Shown piece by piece: positions 30,384 through 46,004 of a stretch of 64,000 nt of DNA. Under the pieces are notes generated by a model that worked only from the letters and a program-made list of their open reading frames with translations, made no database searches and was not told where the DNA came from. The stretch comes from the human T2T-CHM13v2.0 reference genome, Homo sapiens. The position numbers were made by a program, and so were the translations under genes. The DNA is taken from assembly GCF_009914755.1 (NCBI RefSeq), contig NC_060929.1. The stretch is one strand, 5' to 3'. Each line of letters starts with the position of its first letter. The first letter of the stretch is position 1.

Positions 30384-31001
30384 TATTTGCCTATTTTAGA
30401 TACTTCATGTAAGTGGAATCATGCAGTCTTCATTCTGTGTCTGCCTTATTTCACATAACGTAATGTCCACCAGTTTCATCAATGGTGTCACAAATGACAG
30501 AATTTCCTTTTTTAAGGCTGAGTAATATTTCAAGGTGTATATATACCAATATTTACCCATTAATAGACATTTAGGTTGTTTCCACATCTTGGCAGTTATG
30601 AATAATGCTGCAGTGAGCATGGGAGTGCAGATGTCTCTGAGATCCTGATTTCAATTCTTTTGGATAAATACCCCAAAGTGGGACCGCTGGATCCTATGGT
30701 AGCTCTATTTTTAATTTGTTGAGAAATCTTCCTCCTGTTTTCCATAGTGGCTGCACTATCTTTCCTCCCCACCAACGGTGTACAAGCATTCCCTCTCCCC
30801 ACATCTTGCCAACATGTCTTTTGTTTTTCTGGTAATAGCCATCCTAACAGGTATGAGGTGCCATTTCATTGTGATTTTTATTTGCATTTCCCTGATGAAT
30901 AGAGATTTTGAGCATCTTTTCAAGATCTTGGCCATTTGTATGTCTTGTTTGGAGAAATATCCATTCACATTTTTTGTGCTTTTTAAAATTGGAGGGTTTT
31001 T

Positions 31002-31306
31002 GGCCAGTCATGGTGACTCACACCTGTAATCCCAGCACTTTGGGAGGCCAAGGTGGGTGGATCACCTGAGGTCAGGAGTTCGAGACCAACCTGGCCAACA
31101 TGGAGAAACCCCATCTCTACTAAAAATACAAAAATTAGCTGGGCATGGTGGTATGCGCCTGTAGTCCCAGCTAGTTGGGAGGCTGAGGCAGGAGAATTGC
31201 TTGAACCTCCGGGAGGCGGAGGTTGCAGTGAGCCGAGATTGTGCCACTGCACTCCAGCCTGGGTGACAGAGTGAAACTCCGTCTCAAAAATTAAATAAAA
31301 TAAAAT
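31002..31306 (+). mobile_element. AluS element
   Basis: Full Alu with (TAAAA)n tail. Confidence 0.92.
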
Positions 31307-33789
31307 AGAAGTTTATTTTTGCCACTGAGTTTAAGGAGTTGCTTATATATTCTGGATATTAGCCCCTTATCAGGTGTATGGTTTGCAAATGTTTTCTTCC
31401 ATTCTGTAGTTGCGTTTTCACTCCGTTAATGTTTTCTTTATTCAGTTTTAAAATGGTAAGCCAAGGCACAGAGCTGGAATGGGAGTGGCCCAGGACACAG
31501 CTGGTGAGGTGCAGAGCTGGGGTCCCAGAGCCTGGCACCTCACATGGTGCTATCCTGCTTTGCTGATTTTTCTTGCTGATTTTTATTATTCTTCACTAGA
31601 TCTTCTCTCCCCTCCCACTTTCACACCAACATATAGAATTACCTAAAGTATCCTTTAAGAACTTTGGGAAACCCTGGTGATATTTGGCGTGTTTTGATGT
31701 CTTGCTGGGTCCAAGAGTATGTTCATGGTGTGCAGAAAGAGTCTCCAAGTCTTCAGGGGAAAGTGGTATGTAGCGGTCCAACCCTGGCCACCCTTTCTGA
31801 ATGGTCTTCGCCCTTGCAAACCCCTCTGGGGACTGACCACAGGTCCCCTGCGGAACGCTGTGAAGTGCCCTTGGAACTGACCCTCACATTGCACTCATTC
31901 GGCAGAACTCTCTGGATTGAAATCCCTTCCTCAGTGTTTACCAGCTGTGGGGCCCAGGACAAGACACTTTGCCTCTGCAAGCCTCAGTTTTCCTCATCTG
32001 CAAATTGGGGTGCTCATACTTTCTTTGCGGGGATTTTGTGAGGGTGAGATGAGCTCATGTGGAATGTGAGACAAGTATACTTGGAGGCGGGAGGACATTT
32101 CCCTCTCCTCTGCCTTTCCTGGCGGCATAGTCCTGTGCACCTCACCGAGCCGTGATAGATGGCAGTAGTGGGTCTTCTGGTAGGTGGACGTGGTAAAACC
32201 AGGGCCTCCGGGGTTTGCAGGGCACAGATACAATCACATGGGAACACCTGAGATGGTCAGACCCAGAGTTAGACCCCTCTCCCTTTGTGGTACCCACACA
32301 GCCATAGACGTCAAACACCAGTCTGTGGTAAGGGAGAAAGTGGCCAGAGGGTCACACACTCAGGCGCCCCTACCTATCAGCAAGTACCTCAGTCGGTGAT
32401 TGGGCAAGATGTGGGCCATGGCCACCTGGAGCGCGAGGCCCTGTGGGGAAGGGACAGCTGACATGCAGCTCTGTTGCTTACTGCCTACAGATGCCCTGAT
32501 TTTTCAAGAGACAATGAAAATCTGATAAATTGCGTGAAAATGGTTGGCCACTGATCTCAATTTTATTTCTGTTAAACACCAAACAAATCCTTCTGAGGGC
32601 TGACGATAGCCTATGACAGGCAGGGTGCCGCCTCTGTGTCGCACATGGCAGTGTGACCAGGACAAGCTCGGGGTGGGCAGGACCTTGGGCTCGTGGGAGG
32701 TGGCCTGGTGGGCATGGACTTGAGGCTGGAGGCAGAGGAGTGAGGGACCCACAAGTCAATTTCTTTGGGCACAGGCAGCCTCGGGGCCCCATCCCATGCT
32801 AAGCCCCCTCCCACCCGGGGCCTGGCCTGGCCCTAGGACCTTGATTCCTTCAGGTTTCAGCTGGGGCTCCCCTCCTCTGATGGTGTGGGAATGGCACCAC
32901 TGGCCCCTGCCATTGGACCTGCTGTCCTCTTTGGTGATCCTAGGGCTGGCCCAGGTCCCTTTGGAGTGACACACCCTTCCTGCACATCCTTCAATACCTT
33001 CGTCCCCGGGGTGTCTTTCAGGTGACTTCCCAGGGCTATGCTGTGACAACAGTAGTGCCCACAATAGTCACTGCTTATCAAGTGCTAGACTAAAGGCTTT
33101 TCTTGGATTCCCTCAGTCCATCCTCAAGTCAGGTAGGAGCCATTTCCCATTCCCATCTTCTTGAGGAGGACGCAGGGGTATATAGGGGGGACAGGACTTG
33201 GCCGAGGTCACACAAACAGCAGGTGATGCCGCTAAGTCCCAAGTGCCTGTCTCTGTGCCAAAGCTGGCTTTCTTAGCCAGTATCACGCCCCAGGAGGGGA
33301 GTGTTGTTACCCTGATTTTCTTGCAACCCCTCCGTGGATACCCCCCATCTACTCAGCTGTGTTTACAGTCTGTTGCCTTGGGGGCAACAGACTGTAGAAG
33401 TGGAAGCCTTGGGGGGCCCTGGTTGCTGGAGAGGAGGCCGGGCCTGGTGACCATTTCCTACCAGCCTGTGCATCTGTGGGCGAGAGATTATGCTGAGCCC
33501 CTGCCGGGGGAGCCAGGAAGGCGTGCAGCACTTCCTGTGGGCAGCGGGCAGGGCTGGTCCTCTTGCCGGAGGATGCTCTGGCCAGTCCCCAGGGCCCCTG
33601 TCCACAGACCAGGAGCAGCTGGGCCATAGAGTCATCTGTTGGTTGAACACATTGATTGAGGGCCTGTGTGCCAGGTATCATTCTAGAAGCTGGGGACATA
33701 GTGCTGAGCCAAACAGACAACCCCTGCCCTGCAACTCATGATTTAAAATTCATGTTTTAATTCTGGTATTTTGCTTCTCTCTCTCTTTT

Positions 33790-34345
33790 AACTAAATACA
33801 CTTTTTATTTTGGAATAGCTGAGATTTACAGAAAAGCTGCAAAGCTAGTACAGACACCCTACATCCATTCCGCGAGGGTCCCCACCTTCCATTACCACAT
33901 TCTCACCACTAGGAAACTGACCTTTGCTCATGACTATTCTCTAAACTCTGGGCTCTATTTGGATTTTGCCCATTTTCCACTGATGTCCTCATGGCACCCC
34001 AGGATCCCATCGAAGGTCCCACATTTGCATTCAGAACCTGTGTGTCCCCAGGCTCCTCTGGGTGGGGGCAGTTTCTCGGTCGGTCCCTGTTTTCTATGAC
34101 CTCAGCAGCCTTGAGGAAGACAGGCCAGGCATCCTGTAGAATGTCCCCAGCCTGGGTTTGTCTGATGTTTCTTCCTAAGTGGACAGGGTTATGGTTTTGG
34201 GGAAGCATCCCCAGAGGTGAAGCGCCCTTCTCAGCACATCCCATGGGGGTCCATGGCATCCATTTGACCTCTCTGGCGATGTCGGCCTTCAGTACCTGGT
34301 TAAGTCCTCATTTGGGTTGGTGGTCTTTCTCCCCCTCCCCCAATC
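33790..34345 (-). mobile_element. L1MC/ME-like 3' end relic
   Basis: ttttattttggaatagctgagatttacagaaaagctgcaaaagctagtacaga...ggtttgtctgatgtttc. Confidence 0.7.
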
Positions 34346-35109
34346 CCCTGCACCCATCATTCCTGTAAAGTGACCCTCCTGGAGGGAAGTGGACTGACTC
34401 CCAGCATCTAGAATCCCTTGTGTGATGCTACGTGACTTAACAGCGCCTCTTTCTGCGCTGTCTGTGCAGGACGCCCAGCACTGGGCACTTTGAGTCACTT
34501 CTGAGCCCAGCAGCGTAAGATGGGGCAGGAGAAGGAGCTTGTAAGAACCCATTGTCCTCCCTGGCCTGCCCCTTGTGCCAGGCTGATGTCAGGTGGTTTA
34601 TAGTCATGATCTCATTTCACCATCATTACACACCTGCATGGTAGGAGGAACTGTCTTGGCTCTGAGTTGGGAGACAGCAGAGCTAGGATTGCAGCTGATC
34701 TGGGTCCCCACTCCACAGTCTTTGGATTATGCCCTGTGCCCTTTGTAAGAAGAGCCAATAAGAAGGGCTATAGGAACCATGTCATAAGAGTAACCTTCAA
34801 AGGAATAGGAAGGTTTCTCCTGGCGCAGGAAAGTGTTTTAAGAGGTGAGCATGAGACTTGACCCAGAGTCTTTTAAGTCCCTTACAGTAGACAGTGGTGG
34901 GCCTGTCTGGAGCTCATTGCTGTGGATTCAGGATGTGACTCTTGACTGCCGTGAGGACTAAATAAGTTTGCCTCTGTAAAGCCCTTAGAACTGTGCCTGG
35001 CATCTGTTAGGTGCTTGATATCTATTCGTTACAGAAAAAAGCACCAGGATATCCAGGCTGTCAGAGAAGATTTATGGATGGGCAGGAAATTGGACTAGAG
35101 ATGCCTCCT

Positions 35110-35550
35110 TTGTGTTAGCCTAAGTCAGCTAATTCCTATAAACAACCTGCAGATCTCAGTGCTGTAATGCAACACACGTTTATTTTTTGCTCAGTGTAAC
35201 TTATGCTGGGACTTGATGACTGCTCATGAAGTCCCAGCAGAAGATGGGGTGCTCCGCTCCCCCTGGGTACTCAGAGGCCTTGACTCCTTGCGTCTTCTGG
35301 CTCTGTCCTCCTCTGGGGTGTGCTGGATCCTCTCCTTGGCCTGGCAGTGGTGGGGAGAGAAAGGAGGATGGGGACAATTGGGTGGCAGGTCAAGATGTGG
35401 GGCCATCACTTCTGCTCACACTCCTTTGTCCAGAACTCAGAGACCTGGTCACACCTAACTGCAGGAGAGGTCAGCAAATACAGTCTAGCAGTGTGCCCAG
35501 AGGAAGAGGAAAGAAAGTGCTTTCATGAGCATGTTAATAAGCATGTCTCT
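35110..35550 (-). mobile_element. Old MLT1-like LTR
   Basis: tgtgttagcc...cagatctcagtgctgtaatgcaacaca...catcacttctgctcacactcctttgtccagaactcag. Confidence 0.55.
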
Positions 35551-35639
35551 ACCATGGCAACTGAAATCAGTGGTTTTTACCCTTCCACTATTCTGCTACT
35601 ATCATCATAATTTTTGGCAGATTCCTAAACAGCATGTGA

Positions 35640-35952
<313 letters not shown>

Positions 35953-36309
35953 ACATGTGTTATTTACTTAATATTTTTTCTTTGAATTAATCAGGTTTTG
36001 AACTTAACACTTTTACTGATGAAAGGTGACCTTATAACATCTTTGGAAATGGAAAAGCAATAGCTCCTGCTGTAAATTGATACAAATAATTGCAATGTGT
36101 TTGGTTCTCACGAGCATCTGGTGCCTGGTGAAGTTGCTGGGTTTGTTAAAAAAGAGATATTAGCAAGTGCTAGAGAGAGGAGATGTTGAAGACATAGTAG
36201 TGCCACCCTGAGGCTTTCTCGTTGATATTCTGAGCATACTCAAAAGAGAGCTGAACAGGGAATAACTTTTTTCATGGTGGGGTCTGATGTCATTTAACCA
36301 CCAGGGAAG

Positions 36310-36855
36310 TAGGGTTCATTCCTTTTTTCCCTCCATCAAAAATTTATTGGAGGGATTCTGGGGGAAAACAAGACAGACACTGTTTCCACCTTCATGATGG
36401 TTCCAGGCTATTGGGGAAGATGGGCAGAACAGCAGGGAACAAATCATTGCACAAGTGGTTATTTTCCATTGTGATGAGTGCTGAGAAGGAAGGCAAAGTA
36501 GATGGGGCGATAGAGAGTTTATAGAGAAGGAGCTCACTGGATTAGCTTGGCTAACTAGTACTCTTCCTCAAAAAAGATCTTCCCAGACTGCCTCTTCAAC
36601 CTAACTTGGGTCATCTGCCACCCCTTTTCTGGCCGCACCTTTTTATGACACCTAGACAGGTCCTTCAGATCCCTTGGCACAATTAGCACAGTTGCAGTGA
36701 TTTGTTTGTGCAGTTTGTCATCTTGTGTCTGTCTTCCTTATGGAGTCTGAGTCCTCGAGAGCAGGGGCCATATCTATGTGTTCATCACTGGATCCTGGTG
36801 CTGAGCCAGCGTCTGCACACTGTGGGTGGTCAGTAAATATTGACTGAATGAAGGA
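36310..36855. mobile_element. Two L2 fragments in opposite orientation
   Basis: Minus: cattcc...aaatttattggagg. Plus: gagagcaggggccatatc...cagtaaatattgactgaatgaa. Confidence 0.65.
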
Positions 36856-39038
36856 AGTAGAGAGACAGGGAGGAAGGGTCCAGCTGAGACCCTCCTGCAA
36901 TGTGGCAGAGGGGTTCACCTCCGCAAGAATGGAGGACTTCATTGCTATATCCCTTTGTGTTTGGAAAATGTTTCTAGTTTTCTCCTAAGTGCATCTGAAA
37001 GAATTTATTTTGACCGAGTCCTGAGGAATTGGGAAGTCAGACATTACTGAGGCCCTGCCTGAAGGAGGGGTGGGTGGCCCACTACCTATCCTGATGGGAG
37101 GCCACCACGTGCCAGCTCCCCTTGCTTGAAGCCCTGTTAGTCCCCAGAACAGGAGTAAGGCAGCCGGGAGAAGACACCTGACATTCCACCTTCACTCCTG
37201 CCTGGGCATTAGGATTCATTGTAATTATTCCCATTTTGAGGAAATGGAGACCGAGAGAAGTTGAAGACCTGGCTCAGGGTCATACCTCTGGCAAAGTAAC
37301 AAACCCAAGCCCTAGCTCTACTTTCCGACCCCCAGAAAGTAATGCTTTCAGTTAGATCACCTAACCCTGGAAATCTTAGTTGCTTGTTTTTGAGTTGAGC
37401 AACTGTGCTCTCTCTAGCAAACTGGCCAGTTTCCCTAATCACCTGGGGCCCTGTGCGGATCCGGAAGAGTCAGATTCAGGTGGCCTGGGAATCTGCATTT
37501 TCACCAGTGTCTTCAGTGATTCTTAGGGTCAGGCAAGCTGGGGAGACCCTGAATAAGGGTTCCCCCATTATGTTCCCAGCGTAACTCTGGAACTGGGTAC
37601 CACAAATCTTTGTTAACCTAGTAATGACCATCACAAAAGCGAGTGATGGGACTAAGACTTCAGAAAGCCCTTGAAGATGTGTGTGCTCTAGGGATCATTG
37701 TTTTCTCTGCAGATGAGGAAGCTGAGGCTTTGGGGGGTTGAGAGTTGGGGGTCACACCTGCAGGAATGCAGCTCTTCTGAATTTGAATCCCTTACGTTTT
37801 CCAGTTGATGGCAGGAGTCATATGTGTCTTGGTGAATGTTAGGTCCTCACATACCCCCAATGACAGCAGCTGTGGGTCTCCTCTCTGTCCTGGTGCATAG
37901 CACAAGACCTCACCCACGCTGTCTGCACTCAACTTGTTTCTGGAAGGCAGGGAGGAAGGAAGCTGTCAGTGCTAGACATTTGCAGGGGAACAGGGGTGGG
38001 TAGGTGGTGATAGTAGAAGTAAAAACATTCACTCAGCATCTCTGGGGTATCAGGAGCAGTGCTACAAACTATAAATATCATCTTCTTCTGTTCTTACCCA
38101 TCAAGTTGGGGCTTTTATTTGCCTCATTTTACAGGTGAGAGAACCGAGGTGGCGTGATCTGATCTAGTGTTGGGTGTGTCAACGTCGTGTGCTGATTAGA
38201 ATTAGTAAACACGGAAGCTGGAAGGGTCCCAGGATGGGTTCAGTGTCGCCCTGATGTACCCAACAAGCCAGGTGGCAGGAGCTGGTTCCACCTTTCGGGC
38301 CTGCCTGACTTTCCCCAATTTGGCTTCCGTTGGCCAAGCTGCAAAACTGGGTCACACTTGAAGCCAGGTGATTGGTCAGAGCTGAGTTAACCCTGAGTCA
38401 AAGGAGGGCATGAGAAGGTTCGCCTACCCGCCCCCTCCCTGCCCCACCCCACCCCACCCTGGGCCAGGCCCCTCACAGTGGAGCCACACAGGCACGTCAT
38501 CCTGCTTGGGCCTCCGCCTGCCCCACACTCACCAGAGCATGACAAGTCAGCCACCCGGGATTTGGCTGTTCTAGAGGCACTGTTCCATGCTGCCAGGCAG
38601 ACCTGGGACAGCTGGGCTGAGGGCTCGGGGGAGTAGAGGGAGGTGGGCACCGTGTAGTGCGGAGAGGCCTAGGGCTTTGGAGTCTGGTGGACCTGGGTGC
38701 TGATCCTAGTGCTCCCACCCACTCGCTGTGTGTCCTTGGGCAGCTCACTTCACCTCTCTGAGTCTGTTTTCTGCTACAAATGGGGATACAACCCTGACCC
38801 CAAGCAGCTGCTGTGTAGAGTTAACAAGAGCCTCATATAGCCCTAGGTCTTATTTCAGTGTCGAACCCCTCTTTTCTTCCTGCATTTATGAAATTTCCTG
38901 ACACATTTGGTCTTCTAAAGCGGAGGTTGCAAACTGGTGGCATCAGAGGTTGAGTTTTGCCCACAAATGTGATTATTTGGCCCTCACATTTTTAAAAAAT
39001 TGAATTTTATGTCAGCATTTTTGAATGAAAATATTTCA

Positions 39039-39819
<781 letters not shown>

Positions 39820-42228
39820 TCAGGGGCTTCAGGTGCCCGAGGACCCCTCTGAGACATGAGGACAGTCTTCCAGTGTGACTGACTTAATTCCATCTAGTGA
39901 GGAGGTGGCTTTTAGAGTCTGGATGCCCCTGGGTAAAAGGGCTCCACTTACCAGCTCCTTGGGCCAGTCACTGACTTGTCTGTGCCACTTTCTCATTTGC
40001 AAAACAAGAGTAATGCGTTGTTAGTAAGCACCATGGTAAGCACTCCACTCATGTCAGCAGCTCATATGAGTCCATCCCAAGTAGGAGATTTGCCCGAGAT
40101 CGTCTTTGAGAGATGTCTTTCTAAAGGTTCCTGGAGAGACAGGCCTGTGTCTGGAAATCCCAGGCAGGGACTCTGACGGTGATCAGGCCTCTACCTGTCA
40201 ATGGGTGAACCAGCCAAAAGGAGACCGCCAAAGCATCAGGTGCATTGCCAGGGGCATTGCCATGATTTGATTGGGAGGGAGTGTCAGTGTTGCATTTTTT
40301 GTACCCCCACTTTGAGCCCTGTGCTTAAAGACACCATCAAGGCCATCCCCTGATGGTCTTGGGAATGGATAGAGCTGAAAAGAGTGAGGCCCAGAGGCAG
40401 CTTTTCGTTTTCCAAAACGCAGGCAGGGTCTGCCCAGGTGCCCTCTGTGGGCTTGTTAGCCTGCAGGAGCTGGTTTCTGCTGGCTGATGTTAAGTCAAAG
40501 AGGTCTCCTGGCTCTAACTCAGACACTTCCTCATACAGTCTTCTTAGTGGGCTTCCTGCTGACAGTGGATGCCAGGGACCCAGGCAGGGAGGTCTCCCTT
40601 TTGAAAGGGGCCACTGGCCTTTGGGAAATAGTAGAGACCAGTGATTAAGAGCTTGATCTCCAGAGCCCCTCATAGGCCGTCAGTGACATGAGAGCAGAGA
40701 CCGGCTCAGCCTTGTTCTCTACCAGGTCCCCAGGGCCAAGGACACTGAAAGCCCTTTTTAAAAAAAGTGTTGAATAGTAAATGAGCAGGGTCTTCCTCTT
40801 GGGTCTGAACCTCAGCTCTCCTACTTGAAGCCTCTCTTGACTTGCCAACAACTTACCGTGTCATCAGCGGGGATGGTAATGGTACCTTCCTCCTGGGGGA
40901 CAGTAGAGTTTCAGTGAGATAACGTGTACATCACTCAGCATGGCACGCAGCCATGCGACGTGCTCAGCACATGTGGCTGTGATGACTGTTTGGTTTGCAC
41001 AGGCATTTCTATGTGTGGACCTTGACGCAGGTTCCCACAAAGGACTCTGGCCCCATGGGTGACGGTGTCACAGCTGTCCTTTTGGAATCTTCACCTCACC
41101 TAAACTCCCTGGCAGTAATAGCCCAGGGGAGAGAGGGCATGTGGGTTTGGCCAAGGGAGGGGATCTCTGGGGAAAGTCACCCTGTTTGTCCAAGAAGCGC
41201 CTGTGTGTATGTGTAGATATGAGTGTGCAAATGTGTGAAACTGTGTGTTCATGCCTTTGCTGCAGGCCCACAAGGTGGTTTACCACGTGCTGTTGTTGCC
41301 TGGAAAGGTATTGCGCAGGATGCCATGTGGTATGATGTCCCTGGCCCCAGCAGCCCCAGTGACTGGTGAGCGGCTCCTAGGTCTGCTCCTGCCTCCAGTA
41401 GAAGCAGCCACAGGAGTCCTGGCCACAGCCCCCATTGCGGCCCCCATCGTGCTGGGTGCTGGCTTTTGGAAATCCCTGCATACCCGCAACGGCTCCCGTG
41501 GTGGGGGTGGAGGTGGAGGAGCTGGTCAGGCCACCCAGAGGCATCTTCCTCAGTGGAGCCTTCTGCCAGGTACCTCTCAGCTGTTTTCCAAATGACTACT
41601 TAGCATTTCCCTGCCTCGATCCCCACAGCAGCCCTGTAGGGAAGGAGTGGCCCATTTCACAGATGAGAAACTCGAGGCTTACAGAGTCAGTCTGCGCAAC
41701 TGGGGCTGGGGGCAATGTGCTGGTTAAAATGCAGATTCCCATCTCCCCCCGCCCCGGAGGATGGGATGTGGGAATCAGGGTCCAGGCCTTGGTGTTCTAA
41801 GCAGCCTCTCCAAGGAGCTGCGTTGTCAGGAGAGTGGGAAGCAGAAGCAGGAGCCTTGGGCCTTACAGTTCTGGGAGTGTGCTCTGGCCCTGCTGTTTGC
41901 TCAGTTGGGGCAATTGCATCAGCTTCCTGGGCTTCCTTCAGCTTTCTCAGCTGTGAGCTGGAGAGAGTGGTGCCCACCTCCAAGGGGCCTGGTGAAAATT
42001 CCATGATCAGTTCGTTTATCTCACTTGGGATAGTGGAATTCCTGGAGAGTTCAATAAAATGGTTTGTTGCTATTGTTCCACATGGGATTTACTACAAAAG
42101 CAATTTCAGAAACATCCAAAAAGATATCCATGTGCATAATTGACAGTAGTGTATCTGCTCATCTCCTTCGAAGTGGGAGTTTCACAGGATGGTGAATCAG
42201 GGTTGCTCTACCCCCATTTTAGAGATTA

Positions 42229-42535
<307 letters not shown>

Positions 42536-42541
42536 AAACTA

Positions 42542-43131
42542 CAGCAGACCCTTGAATAATGTTTTGTTATAAAACATTGATGAGAAAAAAAAGTATTTCC
42601 TGGCTGGGGCCACTGTCTGTTGGGTTTGCACGTTCTACCCACGTCTGCGTGGCTCTTCTGCAGGCACCCCCACCCACCTACCCACATCCCAAACCTGTGC
42701 CTGTCAGGTTCATCAGCACGTCCGCATGGTCCCGGTGTGGGTGAGTGTGGGTGTGTGGGCGTGTGTGCCCTGCGATGGGAGGGCGTGCTGGCCAGGGCCG
42801 GTTCCCGCCTTGTTCCCTGAGCAGCTGGGATGGGCTCTGGCCACCCGTGACTTGGAACTGGAATAAGTGAGTAAACAGTGATCTTACTTGTTTTGACAAA
42901 TCTTTCTTAAGTGTATGTACAGCTCACATGTATTTTAATGTCTAATAGTAGAAGTGTTTTGATCTTTATTTGGAAGTTTGGTGTTGTTTTTGTGACCAGA
43001 AATATGCCTTAGGAACTTAAGTCTTGTTTATATCCATTAGCCTGTGGGGAAATTGTTTTTCATCTTCTGCTGTTTCCCTCAAAGTCATGGTTTCCAAGAA
43101 CCTACCAACAACCTTAAGTGAGGCCTTGCTG
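42542..43131 (+). mobile_element. MER6A (TcMar-Tigger)
   Basis: TA-flanked cagcagacccttgaataa ... gtgaggccttgctg-ta; internal ggggccactgtctg...tttgcacgttct. Confidence 0.85.
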
Positions 43132-46004
43132 TACTGAGGGGCCACCTGGGACTCACACAGGTTTTTAGCTACCAGGGTTCTGGGGCTCCTGAAATGGACT
43201 CAGCTCTCCTTCAGACACCTACCTGGGCTGTGTTCCCCCAACGGACAGTGGTGGATGTGGGTTGGGATGTCACAGGTCACTGCACCACCTACCACCTCCC
43301 TGGAGTGGCATTTCCCAGAACACCAGGACACACTGCCGGGTGGGAACAATGACGCTGGTTTCCAGGAGAGCAGTGGGGGTGGGAGAGGAAGCATGCCTAC
43401 CTGTCTTCCATACCTGATCTGGACCCAGCAAACATGGCCCTGAGGTGCTCCACGCCCCATACCTCTCTGCTGGGGGCTCCACCCACAGCCCTTCTGCTGA
43501 GATGGTCTCGGGCCTAACCAGGACCTCGCTGGCCCATTTGCTCACTCAGTCATGTAAGAGATGTCTGTTGCATGTTTACTATGTGCTGCGCCCTGTGCTG
43601 AGGCTGGAGTACCTGGCTGACCCCACAGACATGGTCCCCACTGTCATGGGGCTTACACTTAAACAGGGAAGATGGACAGTTGGAGGATCAAGAGTTTTCC
43701 CAGCGAGAATATCCAGGGAACTCTGGGGATGTTCTGATCCAGCCTTGCGTGGGGTGCGAGGAGGTCCTCCCCACGATGTTCAACTCAAGGCCTTAGTGAG
43801 GAGCAGAGCTGGTTTGGTGCTGGGGCAGGGAGCCAGGCCTGTCCAGCACGTGGTACACTGATGAGGGAATGCACCAGGCAGGCAGAGCCTTCGGGCACGG
43901 TGAGGAGTGTGCCCTGTCCTCAGCATAGAGAGGCCACGCCTTGTGTTGGGGAGCCAGGTTCCATGTGGGCTGTGAGCGGCCCACTCAGCCTGTGCTTCAG
44001 AGGCTGGCCTGGGTGCAGCCCGGCGGGGGCCAGGCCAGCGACTGTCAGCTCCTGTGGCGTCCAGTCTTTTTGCCAAGAGGCCTCTTTAATTCACATTTTC
44101 CACATCGACTTGATGTTTTGAAAATGTCGACCTTTAGTTCATCAAATGTCACTTATTAAATCATAAGTCACATCCCATTCAATTAAAAAAAGACAATGGA
44201 CTGGTGACTCAGTGTATGGTCTCTTGGCAGGAGAGACCCTGAAGCACTTGAGGCCAGAGGAAGACATGCGCCTTGTCAGTGATCCCTGCATCCCTAGGGG
44301 TGGGCAGCACGTCATTCCTGTGAGAGGCTGGACTGGAGAGAGAGACTGGGTTGGCAGCCAGGCTGGAGAAGCTGTGACCAGCCTGGAACGCCAGGCCCAG
44401 GCAGGTGGACTTGAAACTTACTCACAAGAAGCAAAGAGCCCTGTTGGAAAGGTGAGGTTTGGTCAGTCAGGCCAGAGAGGAGTCAAGGCCATGCATGGAA
44501 CAGTGCTTGACTGGAAGAGAAGCAAATGGCAAAATGTGTACAGGCAGGGAGTGAATCAGGGGGCTTCCTGGAGGAGGGACACTTGAGAGATGAGTTGGAG
44601 TGAAGTCAGTAGAGGTGAAGGGATTCTAGCCAAGGGCTCTGCGGCCTGATGAGAGGCTAGGAGGTGGGAAAGAGCGGGGGATACAATGGGCAGGTGAGAT
44701 GGGGCTGCATGTGCTGCCTCAGGCACTGGGGAGCCCTAGCAGGTTCTTGAGCATGCGTGTTGCTCAGGAAGAAAAATAAGATCAAGTGAATGTAAAAGCT
44801 CCCTACAGCTTAGAGGAGGGAGCACCGAAAGTCTTTTGGTATGGGTTAGAATGGTTCCCAAAGGCTGTGAGGGGAGGGTTCTCCCTGCTGAGATGACTGC
44901 GCCTTATCAGACCTTCATGGAGACAGAAGACAGACTGTGGAGACCAACCTGAGAATGGATTGTAGCCTTGCCCTCCTACCCTTGCACCTCAGTATCCCTA
45001 TTTATGAGGTGGGAGAAGCAGTAATCTGCCTCACGGTTGTGTGAAACGTAATTAAGCCGTGCATACAAAATGCCTGAAGCATACTGCAGGCCTGTAGACA
45101 GCACTGGGGTAGCCAAGGGTTGGGGCCCCTGGAAACCCCACAACAAGAAATTCACAGCTGGGGAATTCAAGAGCTTTTTGAAAAACAGTGTTGGGGCCCC
45201 AAGGCCACCAGTAGACCTTAGGAACATGATGTACGCTGAAGTTCATTCAAATAACACGGTAAAGAGACTGGCCACCATGTTTTATGTATCTTAAATTAGG
45301 AATAAGGAGAACTTCTTGAAGCCTCAGTTTCCTCATTTGTAAAATGGGGCTAGTGACTGCTTCACAGGGCTGTTGTGAGGATGAAATGAATGGGGCTGAG
45401 ACGCTTGGCATTGGACGTAGCTGAGGTAGGGTCTCAGGTGATATCCCTGGAATGGTTCGATTCATTGCCATGCACCATCCTTCCTCAGTAGAGGAGTACA
45501 CATTTCTGCTCCAGTAGTTTCAAGGAGATGCTTATAAATATGCGTTCCTTCCTTGCAGACATGCCTGCGGGAGGAGACTTCTCTTGAGCCTGGGACTCAC
45601 TGCCTTGTGTGCAGCAATGAACAGTCACAGCTCTGGCCCCACCCTTTGCTGGCTTTGGGACCTTGGGCAGGTCCTTCACCGCCCTGGGACTCAGTTTCCT
45701 CACCTGTAACAATGGGCTAATAATGGTGCCCCCCCACCCACCCTTAAGCATTGTGTGAGGCCAAAATGAGAATAGTGCACCTGCCAATAAGGGCTCAGCC
45801 ATGGCCACGTGGTCATGGAACCCCTCCTCCTGGGGTCTCACGTGGCCCCAGGACCCCAGGCACCCCTCTTCCATGGAACTTGGCTTCTTCCCCGGGTTCT
45901 TGTCTTACAGCTTACGTTATGGTTCCTGGAGTGAGAGGAGTAAAATCGGTCTCCCCATCTGCTCTCTGCTTTGCCTTCCTTTTCACTTTTCATCTCCCCA
46001 GGCT

